From Eledone cirrhosa (Eukaryota), in contig OZ024747.1 of NCBI GenBank assembly GCA_964016885.1, positions 31,372,001 through 31,436,000 on the forward strand: a stretch of 64,000 nt of DNA, given 5' to 3'. The position numbers and the translations under genes are program-made. The notes beneath the pieces are model-generated. The model was not told the DNA's origin. It saw only the letters and a program-made list of their open reading frames with translations, and did no database searches. Within the stretch, counting starts at the first letter, position 1, and every line of letters begins with the position of its first letter. This document shows positions 26,554 through 40,382 of the stretch, one piece after another.

Positions 26554-29500
26554 TCTGTGTGTGTGTTTATGTGTATGCATTCTATTAAAAATGAAGCTTT
26601 TTCCATTGAAAAATGACATTAAAAAGCTATATTAAATCAGTCATTTACAGAAGTTTTCTCGTGACTTTTCTTGGATTTATTTAATCAATTCCAAATATTG
26701 ATGTCTATTTATTTTTATGTGACTAAAACAGCAATTACAGAAAACCATAACAACCTTTACGTTAAACTTGTAGGAAAAACGTAGACATTACTTACTTATA
26801 ATCAAGCATAGGTGTTAAGAGAAACCAATGTGTCCATAATTTCCATTAAGATAAGTAGGATAATCGTCTAAATTCCGACGGTCTCTTCCCAATAAATTCC
26901 TAATCATTCGAATATGTATTTTGTTTTGTTGATTCGTTTATAGTTCTAGATGCTCAAAGTGACACTAAACCTATTATAGATCATCTATAAAAGCAAGAAA
27001 ATCACTCATTCAGCTTTGTTTAAAGACTTCATTTCTATTCGGTTCCTTACGACTTTAATAATTTGTCAAAGAATTTAAACAAAAACAACATCTCAGGATG
27101 ATGTAATTCGCAAAATTTGTTTCTCCAAAATGGAATAATGATCCCGCAGCAGGCGATATAATGTTTATTGACTGTCTAAACCCTGAGAAATAAATAAATC
27201 TGTTGCCATATTTAAAAGAAAACCATAAACAACAAGCAACTTATGATTGTTAATTACAAAAATGCGATTCATACAAGGTGCTATCTAGCAGTTATTTGAA
27301 AGTACGGCCCACAATCGCATGGACAGAACATAAACATAAATTATTTTACTGAGAAATTGAAAACTGTTTGCTGCGTGTGTTTCATATTTTTTTTAGCAAG
27401 TAACAAGAGTCATTAATTTATTCCTCACAATTCGAGCAGCACAAATTTAATAACTGGTGACAGGAGAACATTTGTAGCACATTTGAGTGGAATGCAAGCA
27501 GGGCCATATTTAGACATTGGGATCCTGGGACAGTTGAAGTTTGGTGATCCTGGGGAATTTCAGGTTTTGGGGGCCCAGGGCTGTTCTAGAGGGGACCCTG
27601 TTTGACAAGGGATGTCCAGAGCACTCACCCCTCCACCCACCGATAAATCCAGCCTTGTGTGTAAGGTGGATTAAAGTGTCGGTGGAAGAAGCCAATATTT
27701 CTGTATATTTCTACAATTCAAGGGACCATTAGTTATCACTATAAGGCAGAGAATTGATAAACTTGCAATATAGAATGTTTTGCAAATATTCATTTCAACT
27801 CTGCATTCCAAGTCAAAAACTCATCGAAGCCAACTTTGCCTTACATCCTATCAAGTGCGATAAAATTGTTCCAGTCTAGTATTGAGGTCGATTCTTCTTC
27901 TGTATCACTTTCCACCAATAAAAGAAATTGGCTGTGATCAGATCTGGAGAAGGGATATGCCCCAAATTGTAAATTATTATCTTTATAATTTAATTAACTT
28001 TAAAAAAACACATGAGCATTGCTGGACCCTTCTGAAATGAACCTGCCTAAAACCAATCCAGATTTTATGATACAAATCTGCTCCTTTTGTTGATGAAACA
28101 AAATAAGCAACTGCCATTTAATATTTAATACTTATATTAAAACCTCTCATCATAATTTTATGGAAAAACGTGTGTTACGTAATGCTTCAAACGGGTGTTG
28201 CGACCAGTAGATAGTATCAGTAATGGAAAGACCAATGGAAACATTGACTCCTTGGCCTGATTTAATGAGTTCCATCCCACTCAGTAAGCAAGTGAGGTCT
28301 GGGATCTCATCGATCGATCAAACATTAGCTTAATAACAAAACAAATTAGTTATATTATTAAATTCCTCTAAATTCTTGAATATATTCAACACCAATTAAA
28401 ACACATAGCCTGTGTCATTCATTAGAAATATGATAATGAATGGGTTAAAAGAATATTATTACGTCCTGCTAAATGAAGATATTTAAAAGAAAAAAATAAT
28501 TTATGGATTTGATTTTTGACGAGAATATATGATTTCAATTGAATAAAGATGTAGTCTTGTTGACTATATGAGAGACATTGAAACAAAGTCAATTTGTTTG
28601 CATACATCAAAACTGCCAGCCTAGTGAAAACAGAAAACTGTTAACACAAGTTCTTCAATTTCTGAAGCAATTATTGTTATAGAGGAAGCCTATTAAATAT
28701 TAAATGGCAGCTGCTTAGTTTGTATCTACTTAGGAAATAAATATAAAAGCCCCTTGGTTTATATCAGCAACACCACATTTTCAAGTGAGATGGTACTCTA
28801 TGATGCTAAAGAGAAGTTATTAATAAAATCCCTTTTTAGTATTCCATGACATTTTTCATTGAACTATAATATTTTATCAACAAAAACTAATATCTCTTCT
28901 AATCAACAATATTTTATGCAGTTCCATCTCTTGCTGTGGACACTGGTCATCCTATGGGCTATATTTAGTTTTTTTCTTTTTTTTTTTAATTGTCAGTGTG
29001 GCAATCTGGAGGAGACATTATAGCATTAAAAAATACCTTGTGATATTTGTTCTGGATATCTGCGCTCTGTGTTCAAATCCTACTATGGTCAACTTTGTCT
29101 TTCATCTATCTAATGTCGGAGGCTTACCAGGCTGGTGCTTATCCTGGTTTTCATGGTGTTAAGTGACTGAGAGTACAAACTCCCTCCTGTACAGGACACC
29201 AGTCAATTGCAGGGTTAAACCTAATGATGGTACTCATTTTTAGCTAAACATACTTGAGTAATGTGAAATGAGGTGTTTTGTTCAAGAAGACAACACACAA
29301 CCCAGTCCAGGAATTGAACAGATGACATTATGATCATAAGTTCAACAAACTTACAACTATTACATTCACATTGTAAAATGCGATAAAATACTATACCAGT
29401 CTATGACGGTGGATTGGTAGAATTCTTGAAGTGTCAGACAAAATGATATGTAATTTATCAATTTGCATTATGAAATTCTGTATAGATCTTTAAATTCCAC

Positions 29501-31689
29501 TAATGTTAGAGCTGATCATGTAACCATGTGACCTCAACTGACTATATATATATAAATCAGGATGGATTCAGTTTGAAACTGGTTAGACCATTACTCAACA
29601 GAGTACTTGATAATTGGGGTAGTAGAGTATGATTATATTATAAAGAGTTGGAACCTGACGGCTGAGCTCTTGCCATTTCAACAGAGAGTTCAAGACTGAT
29701 TGCCAAGGGGCTTTGTAGTTAACTGGCTGTATCATCAGGGCTGGGGTTTGTCCAAATAAGGGTATACATTGTTTATCCAATTGTAAATTCTCTTCATACA
29801 AGAGTTGTTTTTTTCTATTATTAGTCAGATAAATAAAGAAAGAAAGAAAAGAAAGAAGAGCAACAATGTTTTAACTGTTCTCACACCTTTCAGAAAGCAA
29901 GAGAGAATGGAGGGAGCAGTGCATATGAATAGAATAGTGATGTGTGACAGATCCCTAAAACATACTGCTGCTGATACTGAAATTACTAGGAATGCTGAAT
30001 GCTCATTGTAAAATTGGTAACTCTTTTGGTGCATAGTTTTTGTTATATATGTATGATTTGATTTTAGTTGTTTTTGTAATAAAAAATAAATCACTAAAAA
30101 ATCATTTTTTAGAAAAACTGATCAAGTATTAATTAATTAATGTATTATTTTGTTTATCAATTTATTTATTTTTTATTTATTTCAACAATAGGTTAAATAA
30201 AGAAAAAATATAATCAAATGTTTATAATGAACGTTGTGTATGATTAACTCTCCTCTGAGATTATAGTTAACTCATTGATTGATCAATTCCCTTTCATGAT
30301 GGAATCTTTAGATAAAATACCCCACTTTATATATTGCAATTAATTTTGAAAATAATTAAGTATTTGAAGGGGTTTTCGTAAAATCATTAACACTCTGACA
30401 TTCATGCACATCTGCTCACACATGTTTATGTTGGCATCAGCTAAAACAAATAAATAATAGAGGCATTGAAAACAATCCCCTACCATGATAAGACACAGAG
30501 ACATGCAGAGATACATACACACACACAGACACACACACATAGACATATACACACACACAGACACACACACATAGACACACACATATACACACATAGACAT
30601 ACATAGACACACACACACACACAGACATACACACACATATACACACACACACACCCACATACATACACACACATACATACACACATACATAGATATACAC
30701 ACAAATCAAAAAGCAAGGAAATTAGTCATGGACTTTGGGAAATACATTTAATGAACTTTTGCTATTTTGTATAAGTTTATATGCCAAGATTACTGCTGCT
30801 TTGAGCAAAACTCTTTTTCAGTGAGAGAAATTTAAGCTGTTTAATATAGCACTAAAGATGTTTGAAGAATCTTAAGGAGTTTAAGCTAATGAAATACACT
30901 GCCACTTATTTTCAATTAATTTTGAACATAATAAATATTTTGAGGGATTTTGTAGAATGATTTACTCTTTCATAATTAAGGTGTTTGAAACAAACTGTTC
31001 TTACATGAAGTCATTTGGAAAGTTTAAATTTAGATATAAACCATAGGCAGTTTGGTAACAGTAGAGTTAAATTTGTCATTCTAAGGGAAGGCTTTCCTCA
31101 AAATGCTAACACTCACATTAAGGAATATGAACTTAACTAAAGATACAAACTCTATAAAGATTTAACTTTTATATGCAACTATTGTTCCCTTAAATGTTAT
31201 TAGTCTCTCATACCTTAAACTTTGTCAATAAACTAGAGATAAGCATAAGGTGTTTGAAACAATCTGATTTGTGAACAAATTTTTATTGATATTTCTTCAT
31301 GAATAAGCTGAGAAAAAGGATTGGTATGCATTTGACATCTAATTATTTTTTATTAAAGCAAAGAGGTAATTAATCCTAATTAAAAGCAGCAATATAATTA
31401 TCAGAAGTAAAAACTGAGTGCAAAGATCTCAAATATTTCATAAACTTGATTAAGAGATTGGTGGAATCAGTAGGGCAGAAGATTAAATGCTTGCATAGTT
31501 TTATGTTTTATGTTCAAGTCTCACAAAAGTAAAGTTTGATTTCTATTCTTCTAGAACATAAAAAATAATGTAACAGTTATGTTTTAGAGGCAAGCAAGAA
31601 ACGGGTCTACCACCTTAGACCTAAAATTACAAAGAGCTGAAATAAATAGTGTAAACATTTCACTTGAAATTGAAAGACACTGAAGTTAT

Positions 31690-31950
31690 TGGAAAGAAAA
31701 AAGGGACAGTAAACAGGGGAATTATTTCCAAATTTCCAAGTCAAATGGCATGGAGGTGGTTGGCAATGTAATCTGCTAGGTGGCAACCAGTTTGGATAAT
31801 GTACGGGGCATCCTACAATGAATACTTTAGGCAGAGGTAGGATTAGATTGGAGGATGCAGAATGCTTGTGTAACATTTATGATGGTGGGGTGAAGTGCAT
31901 TGGTGACAAGTGTGAGGAAAGGGGATGTGAAAGGGAATGAAGCAGAGATG
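31690..31950 (-). mobile_element. Very degenerate PLE GIY-YIG fragment
   Basis: Minus strand YIIQTGCHLADYIANHLHAI*LGN resembles the YIGQTGRRLADRFAEH pattern. Confidence 0.45.
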
Positions 31951-33428
31951 TGGTGAGTGGGTAGTGTGGTCAACTGTGAAGACATTTTGGACAAGCAAGT
32001 TAGTGTAGCCACATCGATAAAATTGTTGGGCCTTGTTTGAGGACTGGATTTCAAAACATTGACCATGGCTATACTGACCATGGCTATAGGTGAAGGAACT
32101 GTTCCCTTCATGAAAATTTCTGGCCTTGTGTCAATGTTAAAAAGTATTAATAAATGAAGATAAAACTGCTGATAGTTTGCACTTGTCATTTCTAGTAATT
32201 TTATGATATTTCCTTCCTTTGGTCTTTCTCCCTCACACAAAATCTGGTATTTTATCACTAAAAGTGATTAATATAAGCAGGGGTAGATTTATAGAGGAGC
32301 AAAGGGCGTCATTCTGCAGACCGCCCCCTCCATAATCTAAATCCAGCATTGACCACAAAATAAAATGAATATGTTATCATTTGAAATTCTGTTCAGATCA
32401 ACTTTGCCATTTTGCCTTCTTGTGTTGATAAAATAAAGTATCCGCCAAGAACTGAGGCATTTGAATATTTGTAAACTGCATTCTAGAAGGGAATGGCATA
32501 ATAATAGAAGACAAGATAATATGCTAGCTTAATAATTCTATCATATTACTCTCTCTCTCTCTCTCTCTTATTTCATTCTCCATCTCGCTCTTTTCATTTT
32601 CTCTTTCTTTCTCTTTATCCTTCCTTAACTTTCCATCTCTCACTCTTTCTCTCTTTCTTACTATCCCACTCTAACACTGCATTAGTAAAATGCATTTCAA
32701 GATGCAGTGACACAGATAGAATAAAAAAAACCTTTCATTGCTCATCAACTATTCTTACATTCCAAACACACATTTCAAAGAACTTTCAAAGGGGGAAAAA
32801 AGAAAACCAATTCAATGAAGTCAAATAATATTCAAGATATTGGTCAATAATGTTTTCAGTAAGAATGAAAATTCTTAAAGCAGCTATTGTAGAATCTCCA
32901 AATTGTAAATGTCAAATCAAACACGACTCACTGCTGATCTATAGCAAAATCAATCCTCAAAAGAGTTTTCTTCCGCTTGAAATATTTTAACGACTTAATG
33001 CTATAGTAAGCATCATTTTTCTCCGACATTTTATCAGTTCATATTTATTTTAAAATATGTAATTCAAGGAGGCCAGCTGTAAGATGATTTTTACTACTAA
33101 TCTCTTCTTTTAACACAATGCAATATTACAAGGTGTATAATGATGGATTGATGTCTGTTAGTGAGCCTCTCTTTGTGTCTATGCCTGTGATTGTGCAAGG
33201 CTGTGTATTTGTGATTGGTTATGTACATGTAAGACATATTTGCATACAAGGATGATATATATACATTCTGTCATTACTACAGCAGAGGTCCGATGAGCTT
33301 TTGATTCCAGAGTTGGACCAGATCAATACAGATCGGATCTTGTGCTGATCAATAGCAAAACGTGCATCACCAGTCAATAAACGTAATGAAGGCTTAACAA
33401 ATCTTCCTTGTATTATTATATATATATA

Positions 33429-36400
33429 TCATCATCACCGTTTTACGTCCGTTCTTCCACGCTAGCATGGGTTAGACGGGTTGTCCTGTTGTGAGCAGTG
33501 TCTGGTCGGCTGACCATGCCTTGCTCATACAGGAACTGATCTGGCTTGATTTCTACAGCTGGATGCCCTTCCTAACACCAACCTCATTTACAGTGAGTGC
33601 TGGGTGCTTTTTCGTGGCGCCTACACGTCCACTTTACAGTGTGGGCTGGGTGCTTTTTTGCCGTGGCACCTCCACGACCACATTGCGGTGGAGGGGGGGG
33701 GGGGGCATATTGTTTATATGCTTCAGCATGTACCCATGGGAGGTCGGGTACCCTGTATTACTGTGTGACGCCAGAAGTCACGGTCGTGTGTCATTGACTT
33801 TGAGAGGTGTAGTTGGGTAAGGTCGGCTTTTATCACCTCATCCCAAGTCATCTTGGGTCTCCCCACTCCGCGGTTTCCATCAACTTCTAGTGCTCTGCAC
33901 CTTTTTATGCAGCTGTCATCCTTCATACGCATCACGTGTCCATACCAGCGTAACCGCCTCTCCTGCACGCAGCATTTGATTCCTCTTATGCTCAGTCTCT
34001 CTCTCAATTCCTTTATGCTTTGTCGTTCACGTATATTACTGTTACACATCCATCGGAGCATGCAGGCTTCGTTTCTCTCTAATCTACGTAAGTCTTCCAC
34101 CTTCAGCGCCCAGGTCTCACTACCATGCAACATCGCTGTTCGGATACACGCATCATACAGTCTGCCTTTCATTCTGAGGGAGAAGCCTTTTGCAGCTAGC
34201 AGTGGTAGTAGTTCCCTAAACTTCTTCCATCCCGTTCTTACCCTAGTTATTGTACTTTCTGAGCACCCACCTCCGTTGCTAATTCGGTCACCTAGGTAGC
34301 AGAAGCTGTCTACTGTTTCTACAGGGCCCTCCCAGAGATTGGTGGTACTTGTTTCCTGTGGCTGTTTGCTTGCTGTTTCAGCACAGCTGCTGCATGTGAA
34401 TCCTACATTCTTAATTAAGCTTCCTGAGATCCCGCTACATCTCTTGTGTACCCATTGTTTGCATTTGGGGCAGAGAATGGAGTTCCTACCTACACCTTTC
34501 CTACATACTGAGCAAGGCCATTTCCCTGAGGGGATCTGGGTTCTGTTTTCTCGTCTACTTATAAGGACCTTAGTCTTTGTCATGTTGACTTTGAGGCCCT
34601 TTCTCTCTAGTCCCTGCTTCCAGGTTTGGAATTTATTCTCTAGTTCTACCATAGATTCAGCTATGAGTGCGAGGTCATCAGCATACAGGAGTTCCCATGG
34701 GCATCCTGTCTTAAACTCCTCCGTTATTGCCTGCAGGACTATGATGAACAGGAGAGGGCTAAGAACAGAGCCCTGGTGGACCCCAACCTGTACGCTAAAT
34801 TCCTCGCTATACTCATTGCCAATCCTAACTTTGCTGACTGCTCCCCTATACATAGCTTGTACCGCTTTCACAAGCCATTCATCTACTCCTAGTTTTCTAA
34901 GAGCCCACCAGATTACTGCACGTGGAACTCTGTCAAAGGCTTTCTCAAGGTCGACAAATGCCAAGTAGAGTGGCTTACTTTTAGCTAGGTACTTTTCCTG
35001 TAATTGCCTCACAAGGAAGAGGGCATCAGTGGTGCCTTTCCCTGGTACAAACCCAAATTGCATCTCGTCTATATTCACCCGGTCCCTAATCAGCTGTGCT
35101 ATAACTCTTTCTGTTACTTTCATGACCTGGTCCATCAACTTTATACCTCTATAGTTTCCTCTATCTAGTGCATCGCCTTTACCTTTGTAGCAGTTGACAA
35201 TGATGCTACTGCACCAATCTTTTGGTATGGCCCCCTCTAGTATTACCTGGTTAACGATACGTGTGGTTATAGTGTGAACTACAGACCCAGATGCCTTCAG
35301 CATCTCGGCAGCTATACCCGATGGACCGGTTGCCTTCCCTATCTTCATATCTCTGATTGCCTTACTTACTACGCTGCCGCTGACTTGTACTGCTGGTCCC
35401 TCTATAGGGTCTACGTGGGGTAGGGTCTCTTCTTCCCATGCATTCTCCTCATTTAGTAATCTATCATAATGACTCTTCCATGCATCTTTCTTCTCAGCAC
35501 TTGTGAGGGCAAGCTCACCTTCATCATTCCGGATACACTTCTCTCCAATGACATCACAACTATCTCTGACACACTGCCTCGCAATCTTGAATACCTCCTG
35601 TTTCTGGTCCTTACGTTGTAAAACATGCTTGAATTTTCTATCCTCTGCTTCCCTCCTAGCTAAGTATACTTGTCGCCTAGCTTCCCTCTTGGTCTCTATG
35701 TAATGTACCCTGCTCCCCCCGTTCTTCCATTCTTTCCATGCCTGTCTCTTGGCCTTGACTGCTTCATCTACCTTATTGTTCCACCACCAAGTCACTCTCC
35801 TCCTGCTTGAGGTCTTACTCCAGCCACAAACCTCATCCGTCGCCTCTAGTAAGTTATTTTTTAGGAACTCCCAGTTCTCTTCTACGTTAAATGTCTCTAT
35901 CTGTTCTTCTTTACTGTCGTAGGCGTTGAGTAAAATATCTTTAAATCTGTTACTGGTTGAGGGGACTTTCAGCTTCCAGATCTTTCTTCTCCAGGTTGGC
36001 CTCTGTTTCAGGGCTCGTCTAGTTCTGACCGTGAGGTCACTGACAACTAAGCTATATTGGGATGTACATTCCTCACTAGGGAAGGCTTTTGTGTTTACGA
36101 CCGTCCATCTGTCACGTCCTCTGATGAGGATAAAATCTAACTGACTAGAGTGCTCCCCTGATCTATAGGTGATCAGGTGGTTGTCGGGTTTTTTAAAGTT
36201 TGTGTTACATATCGACATGTCATTGGCGTCGCAGAATTCTAGAAGTCTGAATCCTTCCTCATTCCTTGTGCCAACTCCATGGCCTCCATGTACTCTATTG
36301 AAGCCGTCGCAGTGTCTACCTACGTGTCCGTTAAAATCTCCTGCAATGATTAGGAAGTCCTTGTCGTCTGTTAGAGCAGTAGTGTGTATTAGGGACTCGT

Positions 36401-36505
36401 AAAACCTATCCTTAAGTTCGTCTGGCAGCCCCGATTGGGGTGCGTAAGCTGATATTATTGTGGTAATTGTCTTATTCAGGACTAGTCTGAGTTTAATGAT
36501 TCTGT
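33429..36505 (-). mobile_element. RTE-clade LINE, 5'-truncated (copy 2)
   Basis: APE plus RT ORF, 3' UTR and (GAT)n tail. Embedded in (TA)n. Confidence 0.96.
33723..36503 (-). CDS. RTE ORF2 (partial APE endonuclease, RT with internal PHD finger); frame is open to the truncation point
   Basis: The 831-aa ORF extends upstream without stops through SAYAPQ and AGDFNGHVG. Also LDFIL, FVDLEKAFD, GVHQGSVLSP, LLYADD, FCYLG. No native start codon is present. Confidence 0.9.
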   Translation of the reverse strand, partial: RIIKLRLVLNKTITTIISAYAPQSGLPDELKDRFYESLIHTTALTDDKDFLIIAGDFNGHVGRHCDGFNRVHGGHGVGTRNEEGFRLLEFCDANDMSICNTNFKKPDNHLITYRSGEHSSQLDFILIRGRDRWTVVNTKAFPSEECTSQYSLVVSDLTVRTRRALKQRPTWRRKIWKLKVPSTSNRFKDILLNAYDSKEEQIETFNVEENWEFLKNNLLEATDEVCGWSKTSSRRRVTWWWNNKVDEAVKAKRQAWKEWKNGGSRVHYIETKREARRQVYLARREAEDRKFKHVLQRKDQKQEVFKIARQCVRDSCDVIGEKCIRNDEGELALTSAEKKDAWKSHYDRLLNEENAWEEETLPHVDPIEGPAVQVSGSVVSKAIRDMKIGKATGPSGIAAEMLKASGSVVHTITTRIVNQVILEGAIPKDWCSSIIVNCYKGKGDALDRGNYRGIKLMDQVMKVTERVIAQLIRDRVNIDEMQFGFVPGKGTTDALFLVRQLQEKYLAKSKPLYLAFVDLEKAFDRVPRAVIWWALRKLGVDEWLVKAVQAMYRGAVSKVRIGNEYSEEFSVQVGVHQGSVLSPLLFIIVLQAITEEFKTGCPWELLYADDLALIAESMVELENKFQTWKQGLERKGLKVNMTKTKVLISRRENRTQIPSGKWPCSVCRKGVGRNSILCPKCKQWVHKRCSGISGSLIKNVGFTCSSCAETASKQPQETSTTNLWEGPVETVDSFCYLGDRISNGGGCSESTITRVRTGWKKFRELLPLLAAKGFSLRMKGRLYDACIRTAMLHGSETWALKVEDLRRLERNEACMLRWMCNSNIRERQSIKELRERLSIRGIKCCVQERRLRWYGHVMRMKDDSCIKRCRALEVDGNRGVGRPKMTWDEVIKADLTQLHLSKSMTHDRDFWRHTVIQGTRPPMGTC

Positions 36506-36534
36506 ATATGTATATATATATGTATATATATATA

Positions 36535-38333
36535 TTAATTATTTATTAAAATAACAGATTAAAGTTTAAGCAAAGAATCACTGCTTTCACCCTTAACAGG
36601 ATCTTCTGAAACTAAAAAAATCAATCTGTGAACGCAGAAGTAAATATTTCGAAAAATGTTGCAACCGAAGGAAAGCAGGAAGATGATACTTTGGTTCGTG
36701 GAGACGTTCCCTGGCAATGAATGGAAAAAAAGCGAACATAATACGTCATTATGTGGAGCATTGAGAGCAATTACACGCAAAGACAAAACCACGTTCATAG
36801 TATAAATGGAGTCGTAGACTAATATTCTATTTAGGGAACTGAATGATTCTCAGCTTCAGAGTTAAGAATAATGTAAATAAATTAGTAGAACGAAAATGAC
36901 AGAGGTTATTGAAATCAACAATAATTAAATATATACATACACGCATCCATATATGTACATACACATGCATTCGCGAAAACATCCGCCATGGTATGCATAT
37001 ACAAGCCCGTACACATAAACACGCGTACACATACAAAAGCCCGCGCAACACCCGTACCTGCACACATACACATAAAAAGTATATGTGTGTGTGCGTGTAT
37101 ACATATAATTATATAAACGTATATAAATATACACACATAAATACGTATATAACGCACGCACACACATTCCTACAGGTAAATACTCATATGTTCACTAAAC
37201 GTACGTCAACAAAGCACAAAGTACACATATACACACCTTACATACGTGCAAACACGCATACACACACAAACGCAAAATACACATATACATATAACCATAT
37301 ACACATGTACCAGTATATATAATATAATATATACACCTATAACAAATACAAGCAAATATACGTACGAGAAAGTATACATACCTCCACAAAACATACAGGT
37401 AATGTATACTTACCTATACAAATAAGTAATGGTATAAACACACAATATACTTAGCTACCATATCAAGACATAAAATATCTACGTATTGTTCGTACTATCC
37501 GTTAGGGTATAATGTGGGGGCTGTAATACAGGAAAGTTTTATGCAATTTATGTTTACAAGCCGAAATTGCTTCCGCTATACGATCTAGCTTTAGCTAGGA
37601 TCTCCCAGTATAACCTATATTGGGTGTGGTTGTCTTTTAGACTCCAGATATAAGCTGAAAGTAATGTCATATCCCTTTTTAAAGGGTTAAGAAAAGAATG
37701 AGTGTGCATATAAAGACGCTGCTTTAATCTATTGGCGGTTAACCCTATGTAGGCCCTATGGGACGTGGGTGTTTCGACCTTACATTTGGAGACAATGTTA
37801 CTGGAGAGGCATTTCCCAGATAGGGGACAGTCAACCCGATTCCTACAATTACAGGGGAAATGCTTCTTAATAAGGGAGATAAAGATCTTAGCTAATGGTG
37901 TGGCCACCTCCATATTATATGGCGGGTTATACCATATAATGTGTCAGGATCTATATTTCCTTGGTCTATGCTCATACATAGTATATGCTACCTTATCGAC
38001 AAATCCACTCCAAGCAAGAGCTTCATTGTAATATGTGGAATGGTCAGTGAAAATATGCTCATTTGTAGATAGACGGGAAAGCCTCAAAGAAACATTTCTT
38101 ACCAGGTACTTGGTTATGCTGGCAAGATGGTTAGAATGCTTACTTATGTAATTAAGCGTATCATTTGGCTTTCTATATGGGTAGTGCAAGCCATTCGACA
38201 AATTGAAGGTAACGTTGAGGTAATTAACGACCGAGTGGTTGGCCTCAACCTGCATGGAGAGGTTGAAGCCTTTAAAGAAGACTGTGAGTTCTTTTATGAA
38301 CCTGTCACAAGCGCGTGGACCGTACTTTGTCAT
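36535..38333 (-). mobile_element. PLE family 1, second copy (3' half, internal deletions)
   Basis: ORFs 37944-38330 and 37554-37913 align to 22130-23200. 3' UTR and pLTR at 36535-37500. Confidence 0.92.
36563..36613 (-). ncRNA. Hammerhead-like motif, family A
   Basis: AGTTT-CAGAAGA-TCCT gttaa GGGT-GAAA-GCA...TGCT-T-AAACT. Confidence 0.68.
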
Positions 38334-39979
38334 GCACACACACACGTTTGTATGCACACACACATGTACATACCTATCTAGTACTGGCGCATTTATATGC
38401 ACACACACACCTCTCTTTGTCTCACATATATGCACACACACTTTTTTACACACATGTATATATCCGTCTAGTACTGGTATGTTTATATGCACAGACACAC
38501 ACACTCATCTCTCTCTCTCTCTCACATCTCTCTCATACACACACTCATCTCTCTCTCACATACATCTCTCTCTATCTCTCTCACACACACACAGACACGT
38601 ATAACTAGAAACCATTATTCAGAGATAACATTTGGCAATGGTAAGCAATATGATATATTTACGTTTTACTTGCCCTCTACTACCATCATTAAATCCTAAA
38701 CTAAAACTAGGAGGTATTGTTTCTTGTTGTTCTTGTTGATGATGCTTGACTCATTTCAACTTTCTTTGAGTAGAACCTTGATCAAAGACTTCCAATATCC
38801 TTTTTACTTAGCATGGACTTTATTGATTAACACTTAAAGTCCTGTACCACATGAGACTGTATTAGCATTACATTCTTATAAAATATATATTTAAAAAAAA
38901 AGCATCTTCCCATTGCTGATACTATAATATCTACTGGTCGTAAATTAGTGTCTGTAATTTCATGTTTCCTCATGAAAGTACAAATTGTAGGTGATGTGAA
39001 ATTAGGCCTCTGACTCACCAGAAGATTGTTTGGCAATTTGCAAGGGACATATCGCTTGTGTAGTAAATATTACAAAGTCGAAATTACTTCTTTTTTAGTC
39101 TCTCTCTCTCTCTCTCTCTGATCACCATCTAGTTATCTGCTACATGAGACTAACTAAAGCTAAAGAAGCTCACAAAACTGGCAGGTTCATGTCGACCTAC
39201 AGGATAAAGTGGGAAGCATAAGGTAGTCAGGACAAATTATGTGGTTAATATTGCATCCAAATTCGGAGAAATGCCCGAACTGAGGACATTGAAGCAGAGT
39301 GGAGACTGTTCAGTTTCTGCTTCAGCTGTTAAAGGCTGTAAGTAAAAGTGATTTGATGCAGTGCTGGGGTGTAGTGACTGTCTCTCCCCTTCTCTCTTTC
39401 GTTGCTTAATCCCTCTTTCTTTTTCTCATTTACGTTTTCTTTTTTGCTCTGCCCTATCTGTTCCCTTTAATAATCTGTTTTGTCTTTATTAGATACAGCT
39501 CGATTATTTTTTATATAATATCAATGCCTTTTCATGACATTGTAAGATTTTGTAACATGTAGGAGCTGCCTTTACATGGTCGCACTGAACTAGAAGAATA
39601 AAAGATGTATCAATGGAAAAATCAGCAATTTTGATTATTAATATTAACATGATCATTATTTTTTAAAACAAATACCCAGTGGAGGGATTCTTTTGATATT
39701 TTGTGTAGAATATGATGTCAAAAGAAATTAATTCTTCCATGACATTTTCCATTTGTCATATCCTATCACAGAAAGGATCTTAAAGTTTATTTTTAAATTA
39801 AATATTTTCAGTGATTAGACTTTTAACTCTCTTTATATCTAACTTTACATTTATGTTTAGTTTAGTTTTTTCTGATGTAATTTAGTGTTGGAAGTGTGAT
39901 TTTAAACATATTTTTTAACATTAAATAAATTAAGGGAAGAAAAATGTTCACTATCTGGAAGAATATATGAATAAACTCC

Positions 39980-40026
<47 letters not shown>

Positions 40027-40312
40027 GAATATGGTTTTATAAAGATAGTCCATTTATTAATATTATTGATATATATACATATATACACACATTTTTACAC
40101 ATGTATACACATTTATACACATTTATACACATAGTTTCCATTTATTAATATTATTGATATATATATATACACACATTTATACACAAACCCTAACTATATT
40201 TCCTTATTTTTTTATATATCTCTTGCATTACTTTTATTTATATTTTTTTTTGCCCGTTAAACTTTTGCCTTTCTTGAGGAGATTTTTCAAATATTTCACT
40301 ATGTTTTAAATT

Positions 40313-40382
40313 GCCTTGTTCGATGAATGAATGAGGACATTTTTTGTATTCGTCTTATTCGGGAAACCTCTGGTAATGAGGT
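40313..40382 (+). ncRNA. Degenerate hammerhead motif with a long stem II
   Basis: GCCTTGT-TCGATGA-..GAATGAGGAC..GTCTTATTC..-GAA-ACC tct GGT-A-ATGAGGT. The core deviates from CUGANGA. Confidence 0.5.

Noticed and set aside
27499-27656. Possible hAT-like MITE (CAGGGCC...CAGCCTTG, similar at about 32278)
   Set aside because: Terminal inverted repeats are too imperfect and no TSD was found.
33853-34968. Long plus-strand ORFs over the RTE copies (also 1491-2432 and 2836-3258)
   Set aside because: Antisense shadows of ORF2 with no recognisable motifs.
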